Source: Octopus bimaculoides (taxonomy: Eukaryota). From it: DNA of 54,523 nt. Positions within the stretch are counted from its first letter, which is position 1; every line of letters starts with the position of its first letter. The DNA is taken from the NCBI RefSeq assembly GCF_001194135.2, contig NC_068997.1:23779371-23833893 (forward strand), read 5' to 3'. Positions 27,248 to 41,029 of this stretch are shown one piece after another. The notes under the pieces were generated by a model. It worked only from the letters and a program-made list of their open reading frames with translations. It was not told the origin of the DNA and did not search any database. Position numbers and translations under genes: made by a program.

Positions 27248-27927
27248 NNNNNNNNNNNNNNNNNNNNNNNNNNNNNNNNNNNNNNNNNNNNNNNNNNNNN
27301 NNNNNNNNNNNNNNNNNNNNNNNNNNNNNNNNNNNNNNNNNNNNNNNNNNNNNNNNNNNNNNNNNNNNNNNNNNNNNNNNNNNNNNNNNNNNNNNNNNNN
27401 NNNNNNNNNNNNNNNNNNNNNNNNNNNNNNNNNNNNNNNNNNNNNNNNNNNNNNNNNNNNNNNNNNNNNNNNNNNNNNNNNNNNNNNNNNNNNNNNNNNN
27501 NNNNNNNNNNNNNNNNNNNNNNNNNNNNNNNNNNNNNNNNNNNNNNNNNNNNNNNNNNNNNNNNNNNNNNNNNNNNNNNNNNNNNNNNNNNNNNNNNNNN
27601 NNNNNNNNNNNNNNNNNNNNNNNNNNNNNNNNNNNNNNNNNNNNNNNNNNNNNNNNNNNNNNNNNNNNNNNNNNNNNNNNNNNNNNNNNNNNNNNNNNNN
27701 NNNNNNNNNNNNNNNNNNNNNNNNNNNNNNNNNNNNNNNNNNNNNNNNNNNNNNNNNNNNNNNNNNNNNNNNNNNNNNNNNNNNNNNNNNNNNNNNNNNN
27801 NNNNNNNNGTGTGTGTGTGTGTGTGTGGCGGGAGTAAATGTGTTTTTGAATTCTAAAATATTAGAACACACACACATATGCACTCGCATATGTTTATTTT
27901 ATGTATACGTTCAAGTATGCGTGTAAT

Positions 27928-27959
<32 letters not shown>

Positions 27960-28332
27960 TGTACGTGTGTGTGTATGTGTGTGTGTGTGTGTCAAGTTGT
28001 ACACATACACACACATACATATATATGTATGTTTGTATGTATGGAGGTAGTTGCACAAATAAATTCACATGCGCATATTCACAGATACACGCATACTTAA
28101 ATAAATGCACACACCAACGCATATACATGCATTTTCTCACACATACATACATACATACATACATACATACATACATACATACATACATACATCACATAGC
28201 ATAACATAACAGAACACAACATATATATCTATGTAGAAATAACCTCTTAAACGCCGTGCAATCTACATGACAATTTGCCATTAGTTTTATCAACTTTACT
28301 GATCCATGTAACAATAAAGCGACTAATACCCA

Positions 28333-28380
<48 letters not shown>

Positions 28381-28623
28381 TGGTTTTAAACACCAACTTT
28401 TACTCACAGAGTTAGTGTCTCGTTGCCAAAACTGCAGCCACCTACAGCTCTTCTATCCTGTTTCTTCCAATAAATTGTACACATCATCTGTTTTCTACAA
28501 CGTTCACGTTTTTCCAAGCCGCTTGAGTGTCAATGTCTTTCGTGTTTGCTTAAGCGTTGTGGTGCATTTGTGTAGTTTTTGTATGATGCGGTGAGTTTGT
28601 GAATGTATGCGTGTGTATGTGTG

Positions 28624-28670
<47 letters not shown>

Positions 28671-29010
28671 GAAAACAGAGAGAGACAGACAGACAGACAG
28701 ACAGAGACAGAGACAGAGTGTGTGTGTGTGGAGAAGTTATGTACATGTTTCTTTCTACCTGCGCAAGTATGTGTGTATGTTGTAATGCATGCGTGGGTGT
28801 GTGTGCATACGTATGTACATGTATAGATACGGATACTTGTGATTCAGTCAACATATAATGTGCGTATACTTCTGTGTTTATGCGTTCGCGTGTGTGTATA
28901 TGTATGTATATACATACACACACATACACACACACAGAAAAGAGACAAAGAGATAAGTTAATAGATAAGCAGATATATATATACATACGTATATGTATGT
29001 ATATATACAT

Positions 29011-29049
<39 letters not shown>

Positions 29050-29426
29050 NNNNNNNNNNNNNNNNNNNNNNNNNNNNNNNNNNNNNNNNNNNNNNNNNNN
29101 NNNNNNNNNNNNNNNNNNNNNNNNNNNNNNNNNNNNNNNNNNNNNNNNNNNNNNNNNNNNNNNNNNNNNNNNNNNNNNNNNNNNNNNNNNNNNNNNNNNN
29201 NNNNNNNNNNNNNNNNNNNNNNNNNNNNNNNNNNNNNNNNNNNNNNNNNNNNNNNNNNNNNNNNNNNNNNNNNNNNNNNNNNNNNNNNNNNNNNNNNNNN
29301 NNNNNNNNNNNNNNNNNNNNNNNNNNNNNNNNNNNNNNNNNNNNNNNNNNNNNNNNNNNNNNNNNNNNNNNNNNNNNNNNNNNNNNNNNNNNNNNNNNNN
29401 NNNNNNNNTATATATATATATAGATT

Positions 29427-29538
<112 letters not shown>

Positions 29539-29825
29539 CACCTATGTCATATCTATAAATATGTGTATTCAAACGTACACACATGAATGTGTCCGTATTT
29601 CAGTAGAAGTCGGAAACACACATACGCCCACGCACCTATGACTATGTATGTGTAAGTATTTGTGTGCAAGCAAACGCATCTATCTTCTATCTATATATGT
29701 GTACATGTGCTGTGATCTTCGAACCTAATCCTCGACCACCTATAGCACATACTCGGCGTACCTATTCCTTTAGATCACAAGTGAACTAAACCGCCTCATA
29801 TTCTATATATATATATACACACGGC

Positions 29826-29975
29826 AGTATTCTATACGGTTTCCGTTCACCAAATTCACAACCAATAGAGACTATAGTAGATGACACATGCCCAAGGTAC
29901 AGCGCAGTGGTACTGAACCTGAGACCACGTAGCTACAAAGTGGGATTCTTAATCACCTAGCTATGCCTGCGCCTA
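29826..29975 (-). mobile_element. CORE-type tRNA SINE
   Basis: Minus strand AGGCGCAGGCATAGCTAGGTG...GGTTCAGTACCACTGCGCTGTACCTTGGGCATGTG; same family as 16617-16738. Confidence 0.75.
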
Positions 29976-30095
29976 TATTCTTCACCATAACAAATGTGTA
30001 AATCAACTTAAATGTGAAATATAACTTTTCTGTCCGTTAGAAAATGTAGGTATGTTTATCTGTATGTATGTCCTCTCTTTCTCGTTTTAATTTAG

Positions 30096-30140
30096 GTTAA
30101 ATTTTGACCGGACCACAAACTTGGTAGCAAACTTGTGAAG
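30096..30140 (+). other. Candidate 45-nt exon with very strong splice sites and stops in all frames (UTR, non-coding or poison exon)
   Basis: TCCTCTCTTTCTCGTTTTAATTTAG|G acceptor and AAG|GTAAGT donor. Confidence 0.55.
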
Positions 30141-31315
30141 GTAAGTGTCATCATTTAACCGTCATCATTTCAAACCGTAAGAAGGGCCTACATCCTAGAT
30201 ATCGTGATCATCAGTAGCTTAAGAATTAAGGATTCGCATTCTCTCTCCAAGATTCCAAATTCACATATACATTGAGCCAGACGGGTTGGTATGTATCCTG
30301 TTGCTCTACTAATAATGAGCATAAAGCAGAAAGTGTATGTATGTATGTATGTATGTATGTATGTATGTATGTATGTATGTATGCATGCATGCATGCATGC
30401 ATGTCTGTCTGTATGTATGTATACATAATCCTTAGGGCATCGCTACGATATCCTCCGAATTTCCACTTGTGTTATGTAACTTTTCAATGAGCCTTTCACA
30501 GAACTTCTTTTGCGTTTTGTCTTTTTGTTTTCGCTTGTGGCTGTTTTAGTGTTTAATTTGTATTATGTGATAAATTTTCCCTCACGTTCCCCCCCCCCCT
30601 CGTAGAACTTGCATGTCTTGCACCTCTTTTTCCTTGTCTTTTCTTTCTTTCGCATATTTTAGTTCCTTTCTGTGTAAGAACATATCAGGCTCATACGTCT
30701 GTCACACACTTCACATTTCTTCTGTCTTCGATTCTGCTTCACATTCGTGCACGCTCTCACTTCATCACATGCACATATTTCCTACGCAAAGCTAATAATC
30801 ATACGCGCGCGCACACACGCAGACACCGAACCAACACCACTGCAAAAGATGCCCAAGGAACATGGCTCAATCGAGGGACGGATTAACTCTGAAAACCAAG
30901 AATATATACACACTGTACTACTAAATCGTCGACTAAGAAAACTGTAACTATTGTAGAGAACAATAAAACAAGATGATATACACTGTTTTTCGTTTGAAAA
31001 ACTATGGTCTCGAAGCGGAATTAGGCTCAAGAAACATCTGCGTGATCGAGTATCCGCTATTTACCAATCATTATAAACAACGTTGTTTGGCTGCAAGCTT
31101 TCATTCAGTAAAGAGAGAGGGTTAACATCGATATCTAACCTGATAGCATATGTACTAATTTATGTCGATATATAATTGCGTGTATTAAGAGGGAAAGTAA
31201 AACGCAAACGAACACAAATAAACTCCAATCCACACCTCATTAATCAGATATTTTTCCTCGTTCCTTTTCAGATTTAGAGGTGAAAAAACGGAAACTTGTA
31301 ATTATGTGTGTATGC

Positions 31316-31390
<75 letters not shown>

Positions 31391-31393
31391 ATA

Positions 31394-31424
<31 letters not shown>

Positions 31425-31515
31425 GCGTATATATATATATATATATCTATATGTATATATAAATATGTATATCATAAATACATAGGTATGTATATGTATG
31501 TGTGTATATACATCC

Positions 31516-31571
<56 letters not shown>

Positions 31572-32033
31572 ACTGTATACATATATACCCACAACTGCGT
31601 ATATACGTTTGTGTATACATATTTATATACAGATCTCTGCGTATACCTATAAACACACTACATGCATACATAAGTAGATAAACGCATAAAATATATGCAA
31701 CTCTGGAAATATAAGTTATATTTATAAATGTATAAGTATATGTGTGCTTACGTGGGTGTGCTTACGTGGGTGTGCTTATGCGTGTCCATTCTCGCGTGTG
31801 TGCCGAGTCAAGTGTGTCCGCATTTGTATGGTCGTATTTGTGTGAGTGTATTTCAGTTTATAAATAAAAGATGAGTAGAAAATGAAACGATGGTATTTTT
31901 TTCCATGTATACCACGTCTAATTGTACAGACACCGTACCTGGCGCCTGTAACAGAGACAAACCCGCAAAGAAGCACCAGCTGTATGATATGACCAGTCTA
32001 TAACTTGCACAGTTATATAATTATGTGTAACTT

Positions 32034-32132
32034 CACTTACTTTCTCGGCCCCGAAGGGATGAAAGGCAAAGTCAACCTCGGTGGAATTTGAACTCAGAAC
32101 ATAAAGCGACCAAATGCATTTTACCCGGCATT
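32034..32132 (-). mobile_element. Family A SINE fragment
   Basis: CCCCGAAGGGATGAAAGGCAAAGTCAACCTCGGTGGAATTTGAACTCAGAAC. Confidence 0.8.
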
Positions 32133-32402
32133 CAGGTATTCCTTTAGGCTTACTTCAAATCTCTTGGTGACAATCATCAGACCACAAAACTTATTCTCTC
32201 AAGATTTTTAGAGTGAGCTTTAGAAAATAAATCCTAATGGAGATTCTACATTTCCGCTATGGTGTATAAAACATGGACTGTAGAAATATTTTTTGTCCTG
32301 TAAAATTACAATGCAATCTCAAGAATTATTATTTTGAAAAGTATATGATCGATTTTTAAGTTGTGGCGTTTTTTTTTGGGGTTTTTTTTGGGGTTTTTTC
32401 AT

Positions 32403-32590
32403 GCGGAGGTGCACGGTTTAGAAATTAGGGTGTTGGGCCCATGACCGTAAGTTTTTGGTTTCGATTCGTAGATCGAGCAGTTAGTTGCGCTCTTGTACAA
32501 AACGCTTCGTTTCATGTTGCTCCAATCCACCCAAGTGGCAAAAATGAGTAATCCTGCAACGAACAAGTATTCCATCGAGGTGGGGAATAT
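32403..32590 (+). mobile_element. tRNA SINE with head and centre like 3217-3540 but a different tail
   Basis: GGTTTCGATTCG B-box; GTTGCTCCAATCCACCCAAGTGGCAAAAATGAGT versus GTTGCTTCAGTTCAGTTAACTGGCAAAAATTAGT in the 3.2 kb copy. Confidence 0.65.
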
Positions 32591-33514
32591 GTGACACGAA
32601 AAGGATTTTTATCCTTGTTTTATATTTTTTCCCGCTGTGCGATGATCGCATTATTTATTTCCATTCTTGTAAGAATTTGATCATTCATTATTATTCTCTT
32701 TCATATTCTGATTTGAAGTCCCGTACATAGTCAATATACCTCACTGTTCTTCCGTTTTCCATTTTCTTTCTTTTCCTCTCTGCTTTTTCTATTTTTTGTT
32801 GTGTTTATATTTTACATTTTCTTACTCTTCTGTCAATCTCTTTTTCCTTTATTTGGATTTCTTTTGATATAATCCTTTCTCACCATAATTTTGCGAGTTC
32901 ACTGTATTAGGAAACGTACTTTATTTATTTATACCATATAAGAGTAATTTGTCTTAACTGAAATGGAAATCGTGTACTGATCCACATTTCAACGCGACAT
33001 TTTACGACTAATATAGTATGCGGCCACATGAATTCATTCAAGCCAATAGTTTCCTCTTATCACCGATCAGAATTTCGTGGTATCTGTTTGTTCAACAAAT
33101 TATGAATGAATCTAAATGTAAGAGACAAGTATGCTCACTGGTTATTGTTTGTGTTGGTTGTAATTGGCTGAGCATGATCCAACAGCTGACAATATTTCGG
33201 ACGTTGAGAACGATATTGCCGTCTTTTTTGTTTTTTTTCGTTAGTTGCTGAGGTATAAGCAAAGACTAACATATTTTTACTTGTCATGGATAGTTATTCT
33301 GAATAACTTTCCGCAACGTTGGTAATTTTGCGTTATTAGTAACGATGCAAACGTTATTGACTTATAAGAACTTTTAACATACTTTATAGTATATCATAGA
33401 TGCATAACGAAATACTGTTTCCCTACAGGTTATTAATATTTACGTACGAGCTTCGGAATGTGTTTAATATGTACGTAATGGGTTTAATATATAAAAATGG
33501 TACTTCCAATAACG

Positions 33515-33633
33515 TTACACCGCTGTACTTAGTGGCTTAATCGTAGATGATTAAGGGGCTAGATGGGTGCTGATGAAGGGGCAAAAATCCCTGAAATATG
33601 GCATAGACGCCCATTACCCCGTTTCATCTTCGA
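33515..33633 (+). ncRNA. Type I hammerhead-ribozyme-like motif, copy 2
   Basis: Stem I ATGGGTG (33563-33569)/CGCCCAT (33608-33614); CTGATGA (33570-33576); stem II AGGG/CCCT; GAAA (33593-33596); stem III ATATG-G-CATA; conserved U16.1 replaced by G (33606). Confidence 0.6.
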
Positions 33634-33805
33634 TCTCATTGTTTATATCTGGTGTCTCAGATACGAAACTTCGTAACAAAAATCAGCGTTGCCTATCAAT
33701 TCTATAGAATATCTGCAGAGATAACCTTAACAAGTGATGTAAAGTATACTGCTAATACGGTAGAACACTTTATTGACTTATACAACGTTTAATATACATT
33801 ATAGT

Positions 33806-33836
33806 ATACTAGCAGTGATACCCGTCGTTGCTCGGG
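33806..33836 (+). mobile_element. Possible terminus of a non-autonomous rolling-circle (Helitron-like) element
   Basis: ATACTAGCAGTGATA followed by CCCG-TCGTTGCT-CGGG hairpin; other end not identified. Confidence 0.3.
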
Positions 33837-35000
33837 ATTAAAATGAGTTCTTTTATTAGCCACAATGGCTTCCATAAAATGACATTAAAGAACATGCAAC
33901 AACATAAAAGACAAAATCCGGAAACTACAATGGATTTTCCTCGGGTGAACAATAGACAAATCAATTAAAATTGAACATGAATCTCTCAATAAGGGAGGCG
34001 CTATAAAGGCTCTCGTGGAAAAACCTACGATATAAATTGAAACTCCGTGGTGGTAAACTCTGTACATGAATACCGGTTGAGTACTGGTGTCGATGTAATC
34101 GACTAGCACCCTTTTGTGACTATGGTAGACTATGGTAGTTTATTAACATTACTTCCACACGTTTTGCAAAACTTGCTACTCTGTATATACGGGTTGCTTG
34201 CGCTATTGCTGGTATTTAGAATCGAGTTATCGCTAATCAACGAAGACTATTCTGAAACTTGTACCTGCTGCATAAACCACGCCTTTTATTATGTAAATTA
34301 CTGAATACATTACAACTTGTACCCTGCGTTCACTAACATAATTGGGTAAGTGTTCTAGAAGAATTGGCTGCTATTTCTAGTTGGTGTGCATAAACAACCA
34401 GGTATTGGTTCACTAATATTTTAAATTTTCGTATGCATACATGGTTATATATGTATGTAAGCATTCAAATATGGATATTCATGTGTACGTACGTATACAT
34501 GTATTTATACATGTATATGAATATATATATATATATATAGGCATGTACATATGTATAGAAATGTATAAGTGCGTGTGCGTTCGTGTGTGTTTATTATATA
34601 ACACAATTGTGCGCGTGAGGTAGCGTAACAGCAGATCAAACGACGTTTTGCTATTAAAGTGTGCTAAATTATATAAGCAGCATATGAAAGTCATTTGATG
34701 AGACGTTCACACAACACCATCACCTTATCTGATGAGATCTCTCCTGTTGACCTGTCTTATATCTGGTCTATCTTCCTCTACCATTCCATATCTCATCCCC
34801 CGCTAAATTCTCTTTCCCGCACATTTGCATTCGCTTTCTCTCTCTCTCTCTCTCTCTCTTTCTTTCATTTCCTCTCCCTCTCTCTCTTACTCGTTCTCTT
34901 TCTCCCCCCCTCTCTCTCACTCTCTCTCTCTCTCTGCATCTGCAGATACAAACATATGCATATACGTAAAGATGTATATGCATATATATGGATTTGTATA

Positions 35001-35075
<75 letters not shown>

Positions 35076-35714
35076 GTANNNNNNNNNNNNNNNNNNNNNN
35101 NNNNNNNNNNNNNNNNNNNNNNNNNNNNNNNNNNNNNNNNNNNNNNNNNNNNNNNNNNNNNNNNNNNNNNNNNNNNNNNNNNNNNNNNNNNNNNNNNNNN
35201 NNNNNNNNNNNNNNNNNNNNNNNNNNNNNNNNNNNNNNNNNNNNNNNNNNNNNNNNNNNNNNNNNNNNNNNNNNNNNNNNNNNNNNNNNNNNNNNNNNNN
35301 NNNNNNNNNNNNNNNNNNNNNNNNNNNNNNNNNNNNNNNNNNNNNNNNNNNNNNNNNNNNNNNNNNNNNNNNNNNNNNNNNNNNNNNNNNNNNNNNNNNN
35401 NNNNNNNNNNNNNNNNNNNNNNNNNNNNNNNNNNNNNNNNNNNNNNNNNNNNNNNNNNNNNNNNNNNNNNNNNNNNNNNNNNNNNNNNNNTATATATATA
35501 TATATATACATATATTATACGTAAGTCATTTAGCGTGCATATGTTTCTATATGAATGCATACTTCAGTCATTTTCAAAGATGGTTTGTATACAGGTATTA
35601 TTATTAGTATATATTACTATGTCAAGCTGTGGTGTGCATACGTTGCTGCCAGTCTTTGCATGTTTGAGAATCTGTATATATGTATATGGGTGTTTGCATA
35701 CATGTATGTATATA

Positions 35715-35755
<41 letters not shown>

Positions 35756-36117
35756 TTGCGTACGTAAGCGCATTAATGTGTACACATGTAGCTATGTAAG
35801 AGTGTTTTCTTGCATGTGTATATATCGTTGAGTGAGTGTATGTGCACAAGTCGTATCTGTTTGTCCTTCTGTAAGTTTGTGTGTGCGTGTGTGCATGTGT
35901 GTGTGTGTGCATGTGTGTGTGTGTGTTTGTGTATGTATGTGTTTGTGTATGTGTGTGTGTGTGTGTGTGTGTGTTAAAGAAATCATTTTGGGAAAATGTT
36001 AATAGGCGCAACCGACTATCTGACTGTAAAATGATCAGAAGACACTTCGTGTTTGCAAACAATCTTTTTGTTGTCGTTGTTATTCATAGTGCTACACTTG
36101 CAGCACTGCTTTACTGA

Positions 36118-36262
36118 CCGTGATGTTGATGATGATCGTGATTGTAAGCATGACAGTGATCAATAAGATGGTGATGATGAAGATGATGAGGATGATGATG
36201 ATGACGCTGACGACGACGACGACGACGACGACGACGGCGATGATGACGATGACGATAACGCC

Positions 36263-36294
<32 letters not shown>

Positions 36295-36470
36295 CGATGA
36301 CGACTACGACGACGATGATGACGATGATGATGATGATGATGACGATGATGACGATGATGACGATGACGATGATGACGATGACGATGATGATGATGATGAT
36401 GATGATAATGGTGAGGAGGAGGAGGAGGAGGATAATACGGGGAAGTTGATGATAATGATGATGATGATGA
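36118..36470. repeat. (GAT/GAC)n-(GAG)n compound microsatellite
   Basis: Directly visible; source of the poly-D/M/H ORFs. Confidence 0.95.
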
Positions 36471-37018
36471 GACCAACTGCCCTGCTACGTTATTCATTCA
36501 ATGTTTGTTGTGTTGCTGTTGTTTATTCTGTGTTTTTTGTGTGTGTGTGTTTTGTTTTTAACGTCATTTTTAAGAGGGTTGTTTTCTGTTTGTTTATATT
36601 TTGACAAAAATGAAAGAGAGGGTAAAAAAAAGCCAAAGCATTTGTGCGTATGTAAATTGTTCTGATGTATATATACATAAAAATGCATGTATATATATAT
36701 ATATATATATACGTTTTTTGCATACATCTTTGCATGTATTTATGTTTTCTGTAAACAAAAATACATGTATATATATGTATATACATATATACAGAAACAC
36801 AAATAGATATGTATATATGTATGCTAGGATGGATGTGTATACACATGCATACACATGCACACATCAACACGCATATAAATACGCACACATGCATATTTAT
36901 ATACACTTCAGGTGTGAATATGCTTATGGGTCATTAAAATATATACACACATACACACCCATCACACAAACCCTGTTTAAGCATACATTTGCATACATAC
37001 ATACATACGTATACATAC

Positions 37019-37062
<44 letters not shown>

Positions 37063-37087
37063 NNNNNNNNNNNNNNTATATATAAGC

Positions 37088-37120
<33 letters not shown>

Positions 37121-37823
37121 AGAATGTATACATATATACATAGATGTATATATCCATATATGTTTATGTATGCATGTATATGTATGTATGTATTTATGTA
37201 TATATGTATGCGTATATATTTCCATGGTTATACCCCTGCAGTTATTCGAAGCAAATATAATTAGCTAACTCTAAGTTTATCTATCAGTCAATTCATAAAG
37301 CCTCATATTTCAAAAATTTTTGTAATTATCGATAAATCGCTTTGATGTGCAGTATTATCTCCCTTGGATTTTTATCGATTACCATAATCATCCATTTATT
37401 TATTTATTTATTTATTAAATATTTTATTTTAATTTATTTTTATCCGTATTTTTTTTTTGTTTCCTTTGAAAATATATTTTGTTTCTTTGTTTCTGCTTGA
37501 TGCATCTTACGTTGAGGTGTTGTTGGTGGTGCTGGTGTACGTGATGGTGATGTTATTGTCTTTGTTACAAACTTTTGTTGTTTTGTTTTTCGGGTTTTTC
37601 CCCCTCATTTTTGTTTCTGCTCAGTTTTAGCTGTTTTTTTTTTATTGTGCTTTTAACATTTGCATTCGAATATTTTTTTTTCCTTTTTTGTTTTAGAGAA
37701 AATTCTTCATCCTTCTTTAGAATATATTTACATGCCTGTTTGGTCTTGGAGAATGTTTTGAAAGAATTATGTATGTATACATAAGTGTGTATGTATGCAT
37801 ACATATATATATATATATATATA

Positions 37824-37869
<46 letters not shown>

Positions 37870-38059
37870 TGTGTGTGTGTGTATTACATACGTACACACA
37901 AACAGTCACACACACACACATATATATTTATGCTCATATATATATCAGTTTTGCATAATGGTATTGCACTGTAGCGTATATCGAACGTCGCAGTGTAGCG
38001 TATCAATAATATATATATATACACATATATGTATGTATATATAAATATATATATATATT

Positions 38060-38107
<48 letters not shown>

Positions 38108-39419
38108 NNNNNNNNNNNNNNNNNNNNNNNNNNNNNNNNNNNNNNNNNNNNNNNNNNNNNNNNNNNNNNNNNNNNNNNNNNNNNNNNNNNNNNNNNNNNN
38201 NNNNNNNNNNNNNNNNNNNNNNNNNNNNNNNNNNNNNNNNNNNNNNNNNNNNNNNNNNNNNNNNNNNNNNNNNNNNNNNNNNNNNNNNNNNNNNNNNNNN
38301 NNNNNNNNNNNNNNNNNNNNNNNNNNNNNNNNNNNNNNNNNNNNNNNNNNNNNNNNNNNNNNNNNNNNNNNNNNNNNNNNNNNNNNNNNNNNNNNNNNNN
38401 NNNNNNNNNNNNNNNNNNNNNNNNNNNNNNNNNNNNNNNNNNNNNNNNNNNNNNNNNNNNNNNNNNNNNNNNNNNNNNNNNNNNNNNNNNNNNNNNNNNN
38501 NNNNNNNNNNNNNNNNNNNNNNNNNNNNNNNNNNNNNNNNNNNNNNNNNNNNNNNNNNNNNNNNNNNNNNNNNNNNNNNNNNNNNNNNNNNNNNNNNNNN
38601 NNNNNNNNNNNNNNNNNNNNNNNNNNNNNNNNNNNNNNNNNNNNNNNTATATATATACATATGTATGTATATATGTATATATATATTTGTATATATGTAT
38701 GCATTTATACATGCACCTATATGTATCTATGTATATATATGGATGTTTATTGTGTTTATGATGTAATTTATGAATAAACGTAGATAAATAAAATTCGCGT
38801 GACGTGTGTTCGATTCACCTGACCCTACTAAATTCCCGTAAGTTTTATTCTGTTTGTTCTGCCGGGAACATAACATCTAAATTGTTGCAGCTGTTGAATT
38901 AATAATAGCATTTGATATTTAAAGAATAAGAGAACACTTCATTACTGCATTTTGTTGTTGCGTAATGCCACACTAATTCATAATTATGGAAATGTGATTC
39001 TGTTCAGGAAATAAGAACGAATTTTTGTGAAATTTAATAATAAGACTGACTGAGGGGTCTTCAACATTTATCAACATTTAAGTAAATAATTTAGTCGCTA
39101 CTACAACTTGAAAATCAACATAAGATTTTACATAACATGATAGCTCTTCTTTTAGTTACAATTGATAGCCTTTTTTTTTATATCGTCAGAACAATGTTCA
39201 AGAAATATATCATGTGTTGATAAGATTTCTGTGTGTGTGGGCGTGTGTGTGTGTTTATAAATATATTACTGCACTAGTTAACAGTTTATAATGTGGGGAG
39301 AGGTGCATTTTAAATTTAGTATTCTTTGTGATTCGTATTTTGGACCGATGAATGCTGTGTCACTCTGCTATGTAGATTGTCTCTCTAATAACGTTATTTA
39401 TTCAATTGTAACTTATATA

Positions 39420-39468
39420 ATGAAAACATGGATCTTCTTAGCACAGCTTGCGTTGTTTGTATGGATAG
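39420..39468 (+). CDS. Candidate first coding exon encoding a signal peptide, MKTWIFLAQLALFVWI + phase-1 intron
   Basis: ATG 39420, basic n-region, hydrophobic core, TAG|GTATGT donor after 16 codons + 1 nt; possible acceptor CTCTGCTATGTAG at 39375. Product not recognised. Confidence 0.45.
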
Positions 39469-40818
39469 GTATGTTTCGATATATAGTTGTGTTTTTGTGA
39501 AATTATATGATGTTTATGGAAGCAGCAAGTGTCGAGCTTCTTATTGCAACCAATGACCGGATCAGTGTCAGCATCCTTACCGTTCTTACCTTAACAATCT
39601 CTTCATCTCTCGTTTTCCACTTTGCTATTATTTCCTCTAAATTTTGTTTTCTCTAAAATTCTGTTAGTCTTTTTTTCTGTCACTCAGCACGTCTTCTCCG
39701 AATACTGCCTGTCGCATGCTTATCTACAAACACTATTTCTATTTTCTATCAATGTCGATAGTATCGAAGCTCTCACGTATTAAGTTAAAGTAATTGTTCA
39801 GGATTGTGTGAAGAAGTACTTTATACGAAAGGTCGAAAACTTCTTTGACATCATACAAACATACAATACGTTAAGCTTTATACATATATATATATATATA
39901 TATATANNNNNNNNNNNNNNNNNNNNNNNNNNNNNNNNNNNNNNNNNNNNNNNNNNNNNNNNNNNNNNNNNNNNNNNNNNNNNNNNNNNNNNNNNNNNNN
40001 NNNNNNNNNNNNNNNNNNNNNNNNNNNNNNNNNNNNNNNNNNNNNNNNNNNNNNNNNNNNNNNNNNNNNNNNNNNNNNNNNNNNNNNNNNNNNNNNNNNN
40101 NNNNNNNNNNNNNNNNNNNNNNNNNNNNNNNNNNNNNNNNNNNNNNNNNNNNNNNNNNNNNNNNNNNNNNNNNNNNNNNNNNNNNNNNNNNNNNNNNNNN
40201 NNNNNNNNNNNNNNNNNNNNNNNNNNNNNNNNNNNNNNNNNNNNNNNNNNNNNNNNNNNNNNNNNNNNNNNNNNNNNNNNNNNNNNNNNNNNNNNNNNNN
40301 NNNNNNNNNNNNNNNNNNNNNNNNNNNNNNNNNNNNNNNNNNNNNNNNNNNNNNNNNNNNNNNNNNNNNNNNNNNNNNNNNNNNNNNNNNNNNNNNNNNN
40401 NNNNNNNNNNNNNNNNNNNNNNNNNNNNNNNNNNNNNNNNNNNNNNNNNNNNNNNNNNNNNNNNNNNNNNNNNNNNNNNNNNNNNNNNNNNNNNNNNNNN
40501 NNNNNNNNNNNNNNNNNNNNNNNNNNNNNNNNNNNNNNNNNNNNNNNNNNNNNNNNNNNNNNNNNNNNNNNNNNNNNNNNNNNNNNNNNNNNNNNNNNNN
40601 NNNNNNNNNNNNNNNNNNNNNNNNNNNNNNNNNNNNNNNNNNNNNTATATATATATATATATATATATGCACACATATAAGAAAATGACAGAACGGTAGA
40701 CTGGCACACAAACGGACAGACAGAATATAGATAGATAGATAGATAGATCCATCCATCTGTTCATCGATCTTTCCATACATACATACATACATACATGCAT
40801 CTTTCATATATGCATACA

Positions 40819-41029
40819 TGGTGGTTGTCTACTCCTATTGCCGAGTACCTCTTGTACTTACACCTTAGATCTATCACGGCGTCAGATGTGGATTTTCAAA
40901 CAAGACAATATTTTGAAAAGACACCTACATAGATTGCATATCTAGTTTGGACAACCAAGCTCTGCAATTATATACTGATCTTTGTGGATCTTAAAATGTC
41001 CTTTGAGGCCTCCGTTAGATTTGCTAACC
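40819..41029 (-). mobile_element. RTE-type LINE 3' end with two degenerate C2H2 fingers
   Basis: Minus strand KSNGGLKGHFKIH...ICNLCRCLFKILSCLKIHI*RR; homologous to 51311-51590. Confidence 0.75.

Noticed and set aside
31743-31780. Short tandem duplications (15-mer here; also 4050-4080, 5279-5310, 34118-34138)
   Set aside because: Adjacent slippage duplications without spacers; not CRISPR-like or otherwise organised.
34690-34745. C/D snoRNA (TGATGA...CTGA)
   Set aside because: Boxes only about 30 nt apart, with no terminal stem or recognisable guide.
36111-36497. His/Arg-rich or Asp-rich protein
   Set aside because: Pure GAT/GAC repeat open in several frames, with no unique coding flanks.
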